A stretch of DNA of 25,499 bases, taken from Chiloscyllium plagiosum (Eukaryota). A program made the translations under genes and the position numbers. Below the pieces are notes generated by a model, which worked only from the letters and a program-made list of their open reading frames with translations, was not told where the DNA came from and made no database searches. The stretch lies in assembly GCF_004010195.1 (NCBI RefSeq), contig NC_057717.1:105719927-105745425 (forward strand), given 5' to 3'. The stretch's first letter is position 1; each line of letters opens with the position of its first letter. Shown here piece after piece: positions 10,593 through 21,595 of the stretch.

Positions 10593-11579
10593 ATTGGACT
10601 GTCTGTCCACTTCACTGAGCTAACTTCATTTATCGGACCTATGAAGTCCACTTGGGTATCTTTTAAAAATACTTAATCCCTCAAGTTCTCATACTCAAAG
10701 ATTTGTTCCAATGAAACTGGCTATTCTGGTTAAAAGCAGCAATGTTTTCAAGTGACACTCCCTGCACGCTCTCAGATTTGAAACTTGATGGCGCTTATTC
10801 ATTTGATGAGCTTGCGAATCAAGTTGCTCAAGGCAGTGTCTGTCTCAAACATTCCTGACAGTTTTACCTCACAGTCGAACGTCCCTTATATTCCTTTCCA
10901 CTTTTTGCTATCCAACTTTCAACTTGCTGCTGAAAAGAACAGGAATTTAGTTAGCCCATTTCTCAAGCTGAGCAGGCCTTGAAGTGCTCAACAGCCAATT
11001 CAGAGGTAGTCTATGAAACAACCAAGACAATGTGACAAGAGTACATAGACATCAAACTACTTTCAATACTTTTCTGTGGAAATGACAAAGTGCAGTCACT
11101 GTTCTTTTACAGACCAAAGCAGGAGCCAAGTTACAGATGGCAATAAGCTCCAGAACCAATTCATCTGTTTTGTTGACGGTTGCACAGGAAATAATTGTTA
11201 GCCAAGCTATCAAAGAAGATTTCTTGTTTAATTCCAACAGGGCCCTGGACCAGACTGCTGTTGAGCATTGAGTTCAATGGGCAGGGAAACCAGAGAAGGT
11301 ATTGTCCATGCTCCCACTTCTCACGTAGCATTTTTGATCTTGAATTTTGGTAAAATTATCAACAATGTAGTACAGCCCAATCCCCAAATCCACCCAAGAT
11401 CCATGCATGTATTTTCCACTTTGATAATGCTCATCAGGAGGAATCTTGGCCAATTGCCTCTTGAAATCTGGCACCCAAAGCAACAGTTGTGCCACAGCTG
11501 GGATCTGAAAAACAAGTTGAAATTTGGGAGTTTTTGGTCTGTAGGGCTCAATTGTTAACATTCATGTTCAAGTAAGGTG

Positions 11580-11940
11580 CTCATGAGTCCAAAGGTCTGG
11601 ATCGAAGCTCCACTGCAGCAGGACGTGTGTGCTGGGGAGGGGTTGTCATTCAAGTGAGGTGTGAAGATGATAGTATCTACCCTCACGTGAACAAGGATTT
11701 CATGGCACCATTTTGAAAAGTAGCTGAGTGCTCCATGGCATCCTTGTAATACACATTCCTCAACCAATATCACAAAAGTAATTCATTTCATCATAATAAG
11801 ATTGCTGTTTGTGAGATCTAGTGCACATTAGTTGGCTACACCTTTTTTATGGAACAGAGCAACATTCCAAGTCATAGTCTGTGATGCTCTTTCATACATA
11901 CCCAAGCTATGAAAGGCACAATGGAAATTCAAGTTGCCCT
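11580..11940 (+). mobile_element. DeuSINE (SacSINE1/AmnSINE1-related) ancient SINE
   Basis: Deu-domain-like segments catggcaccattttgaaaag, cctcaaccaatatcacaaaa and attgctgtttgtgagatct...ttggct, plus the tail tgaaaggcacaatggaaattcaagt (recognised from memory of the consensus). Confidence 0.72.
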
Positions 11941-12081
11941 TTTGTACTGGTTCATGAAAGGAAAATAAAGCCCACTAGAAATAGCCTGCATTTTCCAGCA
12001 CCAAAATGAGAGGTGAAGTGAAACATTTGACTCATTACCACACAGTCCACAAGCCACAGCCAAGTCCATGTTCAATAAGCA

Positions 12082-12558
12082 CCCCTATCTGAGGAAGGGT
12101 GTTCTGGCTATGGAGACATTTGCCAAACTGATGCCTGGGATAGCAGGACTGACCTGTGAAGAGACTGGATTGGTTAGGTCTCTATTCAATGGAGTGAAGA
12201 AGAAAGAGGCATCTCAAACCTATCAAACTTTAGCAGAACTAGACAGACTAAATACAGGAACAATGATCCTAATGGCCAGGGAGTCCAGAACCATGGGTCA
12301 CAGTTTAGCAATATAGGGTAGCCCAGTTAGGACTGAGATGAGGAAAAAATGCCTTCACCCAGAGAGTGGTGAGCTTGTGGGATCCTCTGCTACAGAAAGT
12401 GGTTGACACCAAAACAAAGAAGGTTTTCAAATCAATTGGATATCATTCTCAGAGACAAAAGGACCAAAGTAAGGAGCAGGGTTTTTGAGATTAATGGTCA
12501 GCTATCATATTGAATAGCAGAGTAGGCTTTAAGGGCTGAATGGACTTCCCTCTCCTCT
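12082..12558 (+). mobile_element. CR1 LINE 3' fragment
   Basis: PYLRKGVLAME...LMPGIAGLTCEE...LDRLNTG...ESRTMGHSL, with a 3' UTR ending aagggctgaatggacttcc. Confidence 0.82.
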
Positions 12559-13257
12559 CAGGGGGAGAAAGACACTTATGTGACACTGGGGAGTGTAGAG
12601 ATATGAAATAATACCTTCAGACTATATTGGAATGTCAAGATACAACTTTTCAAACAGAGGGATACAATCCACAAGACACAACAAAGCAAAAGAATCTCAA
12701 CCCACCAAGGGCAGGCTAGCCAAGTGATCAAAACACAAACCACTCATGTCAGATCCTTGGCATTCCAGCCCCTCACAAAAACAAAGGGAAAACATTCACT
12801 CTACAAACAGAAACAGAAGAGTAAACCAACGACCTTTATTTCGGGCTTTTGAGAAATATTTAATGAACTTGTGAGGAAACTGAAAGGTATACATTGGCTT
12901 TCGGTAGGCTGCAGATTCCTCCCCCACCTCTGAACTCTTCAAATGCTGAAACCACAACTTCCTCAAGACTTTACATGGCTGCTCCTAGTGACACTGCAAA
13001 CCACAGATAACGTGACACCTATCACTGGAGTGTGGGGTAAAATTAAATCCTTTCAAGCTGATTCAGGTTAGGTTTCACATGGCAAATCAAGAATTAATCC
13101 CCTTTCACTTTATCCTATCAATTTCCAAGCCACAACATCATGGACTGATTGAGGATGGTCTCATTCCCCACAATCACTATGCTTTGATTTCACTGATATT
13201 GGAGAAGTTTGACACTTAGTACCTGCGCCCACTCAGAACTCAACTGTCACTGGGACT

Positions 13258-13955
13258 GTTTGACCACAACGTGAACAATTTTGGTTGCCTTAGCAAGGGA
13301 AAGATACAGTGGCATAGAGAGTAATCGAGACAAGGTTCACCTAGTTGATCCTACGTATGCAAGCATTTCCTTAAGAGTAAAGGTCAAAACAGGTTGGTTT
13401 GGTATTATTGGTGGAGTTTAGATTGACAGGGTTGATGCAGAGATGCACTTCCCAATGTGGAAGATTCTCTGATCAGAAGGCATAGTCTCACAGTAAGGGG
13501 TCACTTGTTTAAGACAAAAGAGGTCAAATTTCTTGTCTCAGACAAGATAATTTCTTTATCACAGAGCAGTCAAAGCTGAGACAATCAAAGTATTCAAGGC
13601 TCAGAAACAGCAATTTTTAAACATCCAGTGAATCCAGGGATATCAAGTAAATTGAGCGATGAGCAGATTGTTACTATTACCTCCTACCTTTGCCCACCTC
13701 TCACCATCCCATCTACCTTTCCCCTAGCCCCCCACAGCTGTCTTTATTTTTCAGCCCCCTCCTGCTCTCCAATCCTGATGGAGGGTTATGCCCGAAACAT
13801 CAACTCTCTTGCTCCTCAGATGCTGCCTGACCTACTGTGCCTTTCCACTGCCACACGGATTATCAGATTAGCCATGATCTTACGGAATGGTGGAACAAGC
13901 CATGATCTTACGGAATGGGATGACTGGCCTACTTCTGTTCATGGTTGTTAAATGA
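13258..13955 (+). mobile_element. Decayed CR1 3' fragment interrupted by a PLE terminus
   Basis: aaggttcacctagttgatcc, gacagggttgatgcagag and ggcatagtctcacagtaagggg. The 3' UTR resumes at ~13858 (tcagattagccatgatct...tggcctacttctgttc). Confidence 0.7.
13665..13857 (+). mobile_element. PLE 3' terminus (family A) with a degenerate hammerhead at 13771-13806
   Basis: AAUC-CUGAUGG-A-GGG(UUAUG)CCC-GAAAC-AUC, followed by the family A tail gctcctcagatgctgcctgacct...ccacac. Confidence 0.78.
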
Positions 13956-15691
13956 GGTTCCTGTGTTTTATGGTTTATGGTCTGATGGAACATCTTCAAA
14001 CAAATAGCAGAAAGTCTTCCATCCCATCATTTTGTTCTGCATTAGAAATAAGTGGCCCAGACATAAAACATCACAGTCCAGTCCATTAAATATCAACTTT
14101 GTCATTTTCCTTCATCTAATAGTTTGCCCACTGCCAGGATTGTTCTGGCAGTGAACTGATTGGACTGATCATGTTCAGATTGTTCATAACCAGCTTTCCC
14201 TCATTTTCTTCACAATTCCTAAATGCTGCATGAAAATCACTACTGCAATTGGAAATGTGTCAAGAGGAGAGCAGAAATCCCTTGGCAACACAAGCATGCT
14301 AACGTACAGTTCGGTAGCATGACACACAAACTGGTTAAACATACTGCAATTACATATTAGGAATAAGCACTTAAAAATGTTATTATGCTTCTTTGCTTCT
14401 TCATTTTGCATTGTTGCAGCTTGATCCAAGCTTTGCAAACCATGGTAAAGTAATCAGCAAATGCCTTGCCAACAAAATGACAACAAATGTCTCAGAACAA
14501 CTTGATTCGATCAAAGGTTCCGTGTCACTGTTTCAGCTTACGAGCCATTCCTCAAGTGGCCTCTGTTGCCAGACCCCGACACTTAAACACTTTAGTATCA
14601 CTTCCATGGCCAGAACACGAAGGGGACCATTTCCAGTTTGATTACAACTGTTCCAACAGCTTTCCAAGTTTGTTTCTTTCCGATAAAATCAAGAAATGAT
14701 AAAAACGTGACTTGTCATTTTCCAATCAATTTAACTGTCCTGACCATCAACAGGTTATTAAGGCAAATTAACTATTATTTAACTTCATTTAACAACCATG
14801 AACATAACTTTAATCTGGATAAAACATGCCCCAGAGTCAGAAGTTGTTTTTCACACTCAGCCCATATCAATGTCAATTATGTCATGACCACACACATGAC
14901 CAGTTCGATCCATATCAATGCAGTGTCATGATGTAATACAAATTGGGATTGCAAAACTTGCAAAGCAGTTTTTTTCTTGCCCATGTGATACTCAGTCTAT
15001 ATAAACCAGAACAATCTCAGGCTCCAAATTACCGTCTGTTTGAGGACACTGTCTCTCTGCAATGCACAAGAGAATTAAGAAAAGGGAGAGACTGAGAAAA
15101 AAAGGAAATCAACCAAGACTCCTATTCCCTTCTGAAGGGATCAAATGGAAAGTCAATCGTCTATTTCAGCAAACAGAGCAATCCTGCGGTATGCAGAGGG
15201 AGGGCAAGGGATATTCCTCATGCAAAACTACAGGAGAAAGGTCAATGAGAACTATCCAATCTCTCAATGCAGAGCTTCACCACCTTTCAAAACAATTGTG
15301 TTTGCCTTTCCATTTTTTTTGTCCATCAATTGTTCATTTGCTCTGCACACCCTCTATGGGGCTGAATCCGAGCTTGGGATCCTTGACCTCATTTCAAACA
15401 TCACTCATTGCCTCTTTGTGTTTTCCTCATGTAGCTGACAATGTTACAACATGACTCAACTATGAAGTACTGATCCAATCTGCTCCCCAACAATACAAAG
15501 GACCGTATTCCCCATTACAATGCCACCTAGGCCCTCTCACCAATTTAAATTGCTTCTGAAAAAAATCACTAAGTACTGATGTTTGCCTCAAAACATTTGG
15601 AAACAGGGAAAAAAAGTCAAGAGATCAGGTAGTACCTGTAGTATAACCTCAATACCTTAAATCTCACTGCTACACAAACTTACAATACTAA

Positions 15692-16804
15692 ACTCTGTTT
15701 AAGAAGGGTGGTATGGAAAAGGCAGTGAACTATAGACCAGTGAGCCTGACGTCAGTGGTGGGCATGTTTTGGAGGGAATCCTGAGGGACAGGATATACAT
15801 GTATTTGGAAAGACAAGGACTGATTCGGGATAGTTAACATGGCTTTGTGCGTGGGAAATCATGTCTCTCAAACTTGATTGAGTTTTTTGAAGAAGTAACA
15901 AAGATGATTGATGAGGGCAGAGCAGTAGATGTGATCTATATGGACTTCAGTAAGGTGTTCGACAAGGTTCCCCATGGGAGACTGATTAGCAAGGTTAGAT
16001 CTCATGGAATACAGGGAGAACTAGCCATTTGGATACAGAACTGGCTCAAAGGTAGAAGACAGAGGATGGTGGTGGAGGGATGTTTTTCAGACTGGAGGCC
16101 TGACTTAATGGTAAGGTCCTAGGGAGTGTTGCTGAACAAAGGGACCTTGGAGTGCAGGTTCATAGGTCCTTGAAAGTGGAGTCGCAGGTAGACAGGATAG
16201 TGAAGGTGGCATTTGGTATGCTTTCCTTTATTGGTCAGAGTATTGAGTACAGGACGTTGGTTAGGCCACTGTTGGAATATTGCGTGCAATTCTGGTCTCC
16301 TTCCTATTGGAATGATGTTGTGAAACTTGAAAGGGTTCAGAAAAGATTTACAAGGATGTTTGAGCTATAGGGAGAGGCTGAACAGGCTGGGGCTGTTTTC
16401 CCTGGAGCATCAGAGGCTGAGGGTGACCTTGTAGAGGTTTACAAAATTATGAGAGGCATGGATAGGGTAAATAGGCAAAGTCTCTTCCCTGAGGTGGGGG
16501 AGTCCAGAACTAGAGGGCATAGGTTTAGGGTGTGAGGGGAAAGATATAAAAGGGACCTAAGGGGAAACATTTTCACACAGAGGGTGGAAGTGTATGAAAT
16601 GAGCTGCCAGAGGAAGTGGAGGCGGCTGGTACAATTGCAACATTTAAAAAGTCGTCTGGATGGGCATACGAAAAGGAAGAGTTAGGAGGGATATGGGCCG
16701 GGTGCTGGCAGGTGGGAACTAGATTGGGTTGGGATATCTGGTCGGCATGGTCGGGTTGGACCGAAGGGTCTGTTTCCATGCTGTACATCTCTACGACTCT
16801 ATGA
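15692..16804 (+). mobile_element. Young CR1/HER1-type LINE, RT region to 3' end, with internal deletions
   Basis: LFKKG...NYRPVSLTS; GKSCLSNLIEFFEEVTK...VDVIYMDFSKVFDKVPHGRL; LVRPLLEYCVQFWSP; terminal ctctacgactctatga. The QGS/ADD catalytic segment is missing at ~16102. Confidence 0.93.
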
Positions 16805-17029
16805 GCTGACAAGTTCCATGCTGGTGGCATCAAAACAATATCAACATGTCAATAAATATCTGAGGATTCCGAATGAACTTACAACCCCAACTCCAAAGGA
16901 GCAAACATCCATTGTGACCAACCAAAGATGTTACTGTTGGATTAAAAGAAGTTGTCTATAATTTCACCGACACAGCATCAAGTCAAACTTTTGGAGAATT
17001 TTAGATAATGATGACCAAGGAACTGATAA

Positions 17030-17400
17030 GCATAAGGTGATACAATAAGTGTAAACTAACCCAAAATATAAGAATTATAATGAAAACTGAGGAGATTTAA
17101 CTGATATAATTGAGATAAGGAAATAGTTGACATTAAACAGAAATGTTATAACCATCTTCAGAGCACAAGATAAAGAAACATGAGAAATAGCAGGGAATAA
17201 ACATGGTGAGTGTGAGGAACTTAATGGAAAAGTATTGAACAAGAATGCTGTTGAAATCTCCTGAACCAGGTAGACTCTATTCTCAAGTTCTGAAAAGGCT
17301 GGCTGCAGAGTTTATGTCTGCGATCTTCCAAAGTTTCCTTCAGCGTGGAACAGTCACACTGGATTCAGAAAAAAATCACCCCACTTTTCAAGAAAGAAGT
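17030..17400 (+). mobile_element. Old CR1 ORF2 fragment (pre-RT region)
   Basis: KSPEPGRLYSQVLKRLAAE..IFQS resembles the CR1 motif KSPGPDGxHPRVLKELAxE..IFQxS, followed by caccccacttttcaagaaag (TPLFKK). Confidence 0.7.
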
Positions 17401-17929
17401 AGTTTCCTTAATTCTGGTGTTTCAGGTCAATTCAGAGATCATCCATTGTCACTCAGGTATCTCACTGTTGTCCAACTATTCACACACAAGTAATTCTGCA
17501 GTAAGCCTGACACTTTGACCAACTGCTCCATGCCCAGCAGCATCACCACAACATGAAGTCACAACAGCTCTGGAAATAACCAGCAAAACTCTCCCTCTCA
17601 CATCCACCAAGCTCTTTAAAAAACAATTCCTCGAGAAAATGTCAAACCAACATATTCTTGCAGTACAGTTTTCACTTCTTGCTATACACAAATCGACAGT
17701 CTAAAACATAAGCAGCTCAGGCTCTAGCATCATTCACACCTCTCAGGCCACTGCCTACCACAGTTTAGGCTAAAGCAGTGCTATCCCCAAACACTACCAC
17801 CATTACCCAGAGAAACGTTTCCATTTCTCAACGTCACTAGGCTACATCCTTGGGATTCCCACAATGGAAACTATGAACCCAGGAGGAGTTCAGCAGATTA
17901 TAAAGGGCCATCACTCTTGGATAAAAGCA

Positions 17930-18005
17930 CATAGGATCATCAACCTGCAACATTAACTTGGTTTCTCTGCCTGACCTGCTCAACATTGCCTGCATTTTTT
18001 GTTCT
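17930..18005 (+). mobile_element. Very decayed PLE family B terminal fragment
   Basis: acctgcaacattaacttggtttctctgcctgacctgctcaacattgcctgcatttttt resembles 10493-10560. Confidence 0.5.
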
Positions 18006-19334
18006 AATCCCATCTCGGCAGTGCTGGGGTTGGGTAATTAATACAACATTGCTGTGTTGCAACCAAAAAAAGCTGCAGAGAATGGGTTTTAGCAAACGAA
18101 GTCCAGCTAAATTCCCCTCTGGGCATGATACAGCAGCTCAAACAGCCCCCCAGTCAATTAACTCCACCTCTTAGCCCCCGCTCCATTTACTCAAAGCAAA
18201 ACAATCTTTACCTGCTCTGCCTCAATCGAGACACCAGTGCTTCGGGTAGCCAAAGCTGTCACAAATGTATACAGCTCCCTTTGTTATCAACAATCCTCCC
18301 ATCCTGGGTGAGGAGTTTCAAAAATATGACATCATCTTGCAGAATCTTCGATCAAATCAAACTAATCGTTTCTCAAATCCTTTAGCAATGAAAGGCAGTG
18401 AGTCAGAGTCTCTCCCACACTGAAACAAGACTCCCCCTCTGCCTCCTCAGTCACTGCTGCATCGACAAATATCTGAATCCAACACAGTCCAGGCAGCTGA
18501 CAGACGTGAACCAACCAGTTCAGCAAGATTCAGGGAGAATTGAAATTCACTTTCACTGAATTTACACAAACAAAACCTTGCACAGAATTCATTGCAACTG
18601 CCAGCAATCCTTGTTACTCCCAAATTGGAATTTAATAAAACAGATGGAATTCTGGAATTTAAAAAATGCAAGAATGTACAGAAAATTCCTCACCCCGTAA
18701 TACATTTCCAAGAATCATTTATCTCAATTCCCAGATTCAGGCTGAAGCCTTATCCAACTTTCCTTTTTAAAACCTCGCTGCTAAGATTTCTTCTCTCTCT
18801 CTCTCCTTACACAGAGGATACTTTGCGTGGAGATACACAGAATATTTGCAAGTCAAAACTTCAACGTGTGGCGGGTACAAAAGTGTAAACATATTCTGTT
18901 CATAATCTCACTCCAGGGTTTAAGGCTGATGTCTGTCAACAAGGCATACTCAGTAACAATGTACAAACCAAATGTCAACTAACCGCCAACTCAGACTCGT
19001 CTTCTCCACTCAAAAGAATTCAAACAAACTGAACCAATCTGAGCACAATGACCCTTTTGGTTCAATCCTATTAGGAGTCTGATGAAATGCTCTTGGAGCA
19101 CCACTGCTGCAGAGTACTGGGGTATTCCATACCCTCAAGGACTGCTGCTGATTTTAAGTGCATCTTCCGTGGCCTTACAATTGAACAAACATTAAAGAAG
19201 CAGTCGTTTAGCTTCCAGAGTGATAGGTTTGTAAAACTTAGCAGAGAAATCTGCCAAACATCAATATTCCCTCAACAATTATTGTTTAAAACTGCCGACA
19301 ATGTAAGATGTTTATAGAGGAGTCACATGACTAG

Positions 19335-19525
19335 CAACTGGAAGATACAAAATATTTGGTACAAATCAAGTCAGAGGTGATAGAAGGAGAACTTATTCCT
19401 GAGTGAGGCTCTGGGATGTGTTTTGTTAAGGAGCAGTGGCAGCAGATTCAGGACTAAGTTTCAAGTGTCATCAAATGCATAATAAAGGAAATATTTTCAA
19501 GACAATTTGGAAAGAGCAGCTGTCA
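19335..19525 (+). mobile_element. Very old CR1 3' remnant
   Basis: Weak resemblance to CR1 ORF2 end and 3' UTR (agaaggagaacttattcctgagtgagg...gcagtggcagcagattca...ggaaagagcag). Confidence 0.35.
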
Positions 19526-20214
19526 GTGATTCTCAAGTCTGACACTGCACAGCCACAGCCAACATTCTGTGCTGCTAAATTCTATCAGGGCCAACAAGAT
19601 GGCCAAAAGGATCAGGAAATCCCACATTTGTATCAACTCAGTACATTGCCATGGAGTCGATGTTTTGTTCCAGACAGGAGAGTTTTCAGAAACCAACACC
19701 ACAATCAGCCAATGGTCAGAGCCTCCCACCACACTGCCACAACTAGTGTGAACAAAACTGGAATAACAAAAACAGAATTATTGTGACAAAGGAAGATTGG
19801 TTTGTGGACAGGAAGTGCACATCCTGTGCAAGACTTTAAATATATTGGTCAAACAGATTGCTCACAATGCATGATATAAAAACACTTACCAGAAATTAAG
19901 ACTCTTTAGTATGGCAAGGTGCCTATGCAATCATTTTAACTCATACATGAGAAAACATTAATGAATAACACAATAGCATCATCCCAGCGCCAAATTCTCA
20001 AAGGAATCAATCGAAAATTGAACTCTCTGGATTAAGTTCTCTGTTCAAAGTGAGAAACCCACATCCAAGGAAGCAGCATGAAGCTAACCTCTGCATGTTT
20101 CTCACAAATCCCAGACTTGCTGATATGCTCAAAATACTAAACTGGAACTAGGTCGACCAGAATGGGTTGGTAGGGAGGGAGAGAGAAAGAAAACTGTGAT
20201 GGGCCTTTCTTCAG

Positions 20215-21265
20215 AGAGGTCAGGCAGCATCAGAGGATCATAAGAGGTAATGTTTCAGACATAAGGAAGGCTTTCATCAGGAAATCAGCAGACCGGGGTT
20301 GTGGGGGGGGGGCACGGTTTGGCACACCAACCTTGACATCGCTAAGGCCCTGCCAACTCTCAAATATTCTACTCCTGAAAAGGATCCACACACAAACACT
20401 TGTTCTCCAGCTTATCAGACATCAAGGAACATAAGTACATCAAACTGTCACTTACTTAGCTCCAAACCCAGGATTCTCCAACCAATCCAGACACTTCCCC
20501 CCGGGAATATATATCGGGTATGAGCAGGTAGGGAAAGAGTTGACAATGCCCCAGCCTCCACAAAACCGCTACAGCCACCACTATGACCCTCACCACTAAA
20601 CTGACCGAGACCACCATTGACCATACTGCCTCCTCAGTCACCATGAGTCCTGCTGCCGAAACCTCGACGAGCACAGCCCGTTACATCACTTTCACCCCGT
20701 GATTGCTGCCCCGACACCACTTCCAACCCCACTGATGTCACTCTCAGAATACCACCATGCCACTTCCAGATGTGGCCCAATGTGCCACTTCCAGATGTGA
20801 CGTGTCGCGACATCAAACTTTCCTTCCACTGCCTCTGCCCCCATGCTTGCTTTTTCAACGTGACTCCCACCTACCTTCTGTGGACCACCTCTCCTGCCTC
20901 TAACATACACCATTCTCTTGGATGCTCTGTCCTGGGCTCTTACCCGTCCTTAACCTCTTCATCTCCAACTGCTGCTGTGGCATTGACTGCCTCAACCTGT
21001 CCACCCCTCACCCACTCCAACCTATCACCCTCGAAAAGTGCAGCCCTCCAGTCCCTCCGCTCCAACCCAACCTCACCATTACATCAGCGGACAAGGGGAG
21101 AGCACATGGTAGTTTGGCACATTGACCTCTACATCGCTGCAGCCACACATTCCTGATTAAGGACTTATGCCCAAAATGTTGACCCTCCTGCCTGACCTGC
21201 AGTACTTTTCCAGTGCCACACTTTTCAACTCTGACTCTCCAGCATCTGCAGTCCTCACTTTCTCT
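20215..21265 (+). mobile_element. Internally deleted Penelope-like element with inverted hammerhead-bearing termini
   Basis: Frameshifted PLE pre-RT coding remnant (GLLPVLNLFISNC / THSNLSPSKSAALQSLRSNP / NLTITSADKG / VVWHIDLYIA, ~20930-21145) fused directly to a family A terminus (21151-21265). An inverted family A terminus lies at 20215-20281, followed by a second KSAD...VWHTNLDIAKA remnant. Confidence 0.78.
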
Positions 21266-21399
21266 CATTTCTCCAGACAGCAAGACAAAGAATAATCAAC
21301 TCAATCCAAAGCAACTTGGTGAACCACAAAGATATTGTTCAAGACCTTGAACTCAGCTACTGTCCCACTGTTCCAGTTCAAGCAGATGTAAGGTTGAAA

Positions 21400-21595
21400 G
21401 TAGGATCCCAAGAAAGGGAAGACCATTCAACCCCTCAAGCTTGTCCCAGCCTCAACTCACGTCTGCCAGACTCTAACGCTCTTGCTTATCAATCTTTCTT
21501 CATCGGACAATCCTTCATCCCAGTAATCAACTCACTGAATCTTCTGACTGCTGCCAAAGCATAACCTGCTTAAGGAAGGACACCAAAACTGTATA
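21400..21595 (-). mobile_element. Heavily deleted CR1 3' remnant
   Basis: gaccattcaacccctcaagcttgtcc and cttcatcccagtaatcaactcactgaatctt...caccaaaactgta match the minus-strand CR1 3' pattern seen at 2330 and 23220. Confidence 0.5.

Noticed and set aside
17520..17920. Possible old LINE 3' remnant
   Set aside because: The resemblance is too faint to assign a family or boundaries without an HMM search.
19884..20042. Minus-strand exon candidate ending in a strong ctg|gtaagt donor
   Set aside because: The region is AT-rich with no convincing open frame from the better acceptor, and the short alternative peptide is unrecognisable.
20456..20760. Mucin-like Thr/Pro-rich (or antisense Val-rich membrane) peptide
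   Set aside because: It is a low-complexity C/A-rich tract inside the PLE remnant, with interrupted frames.
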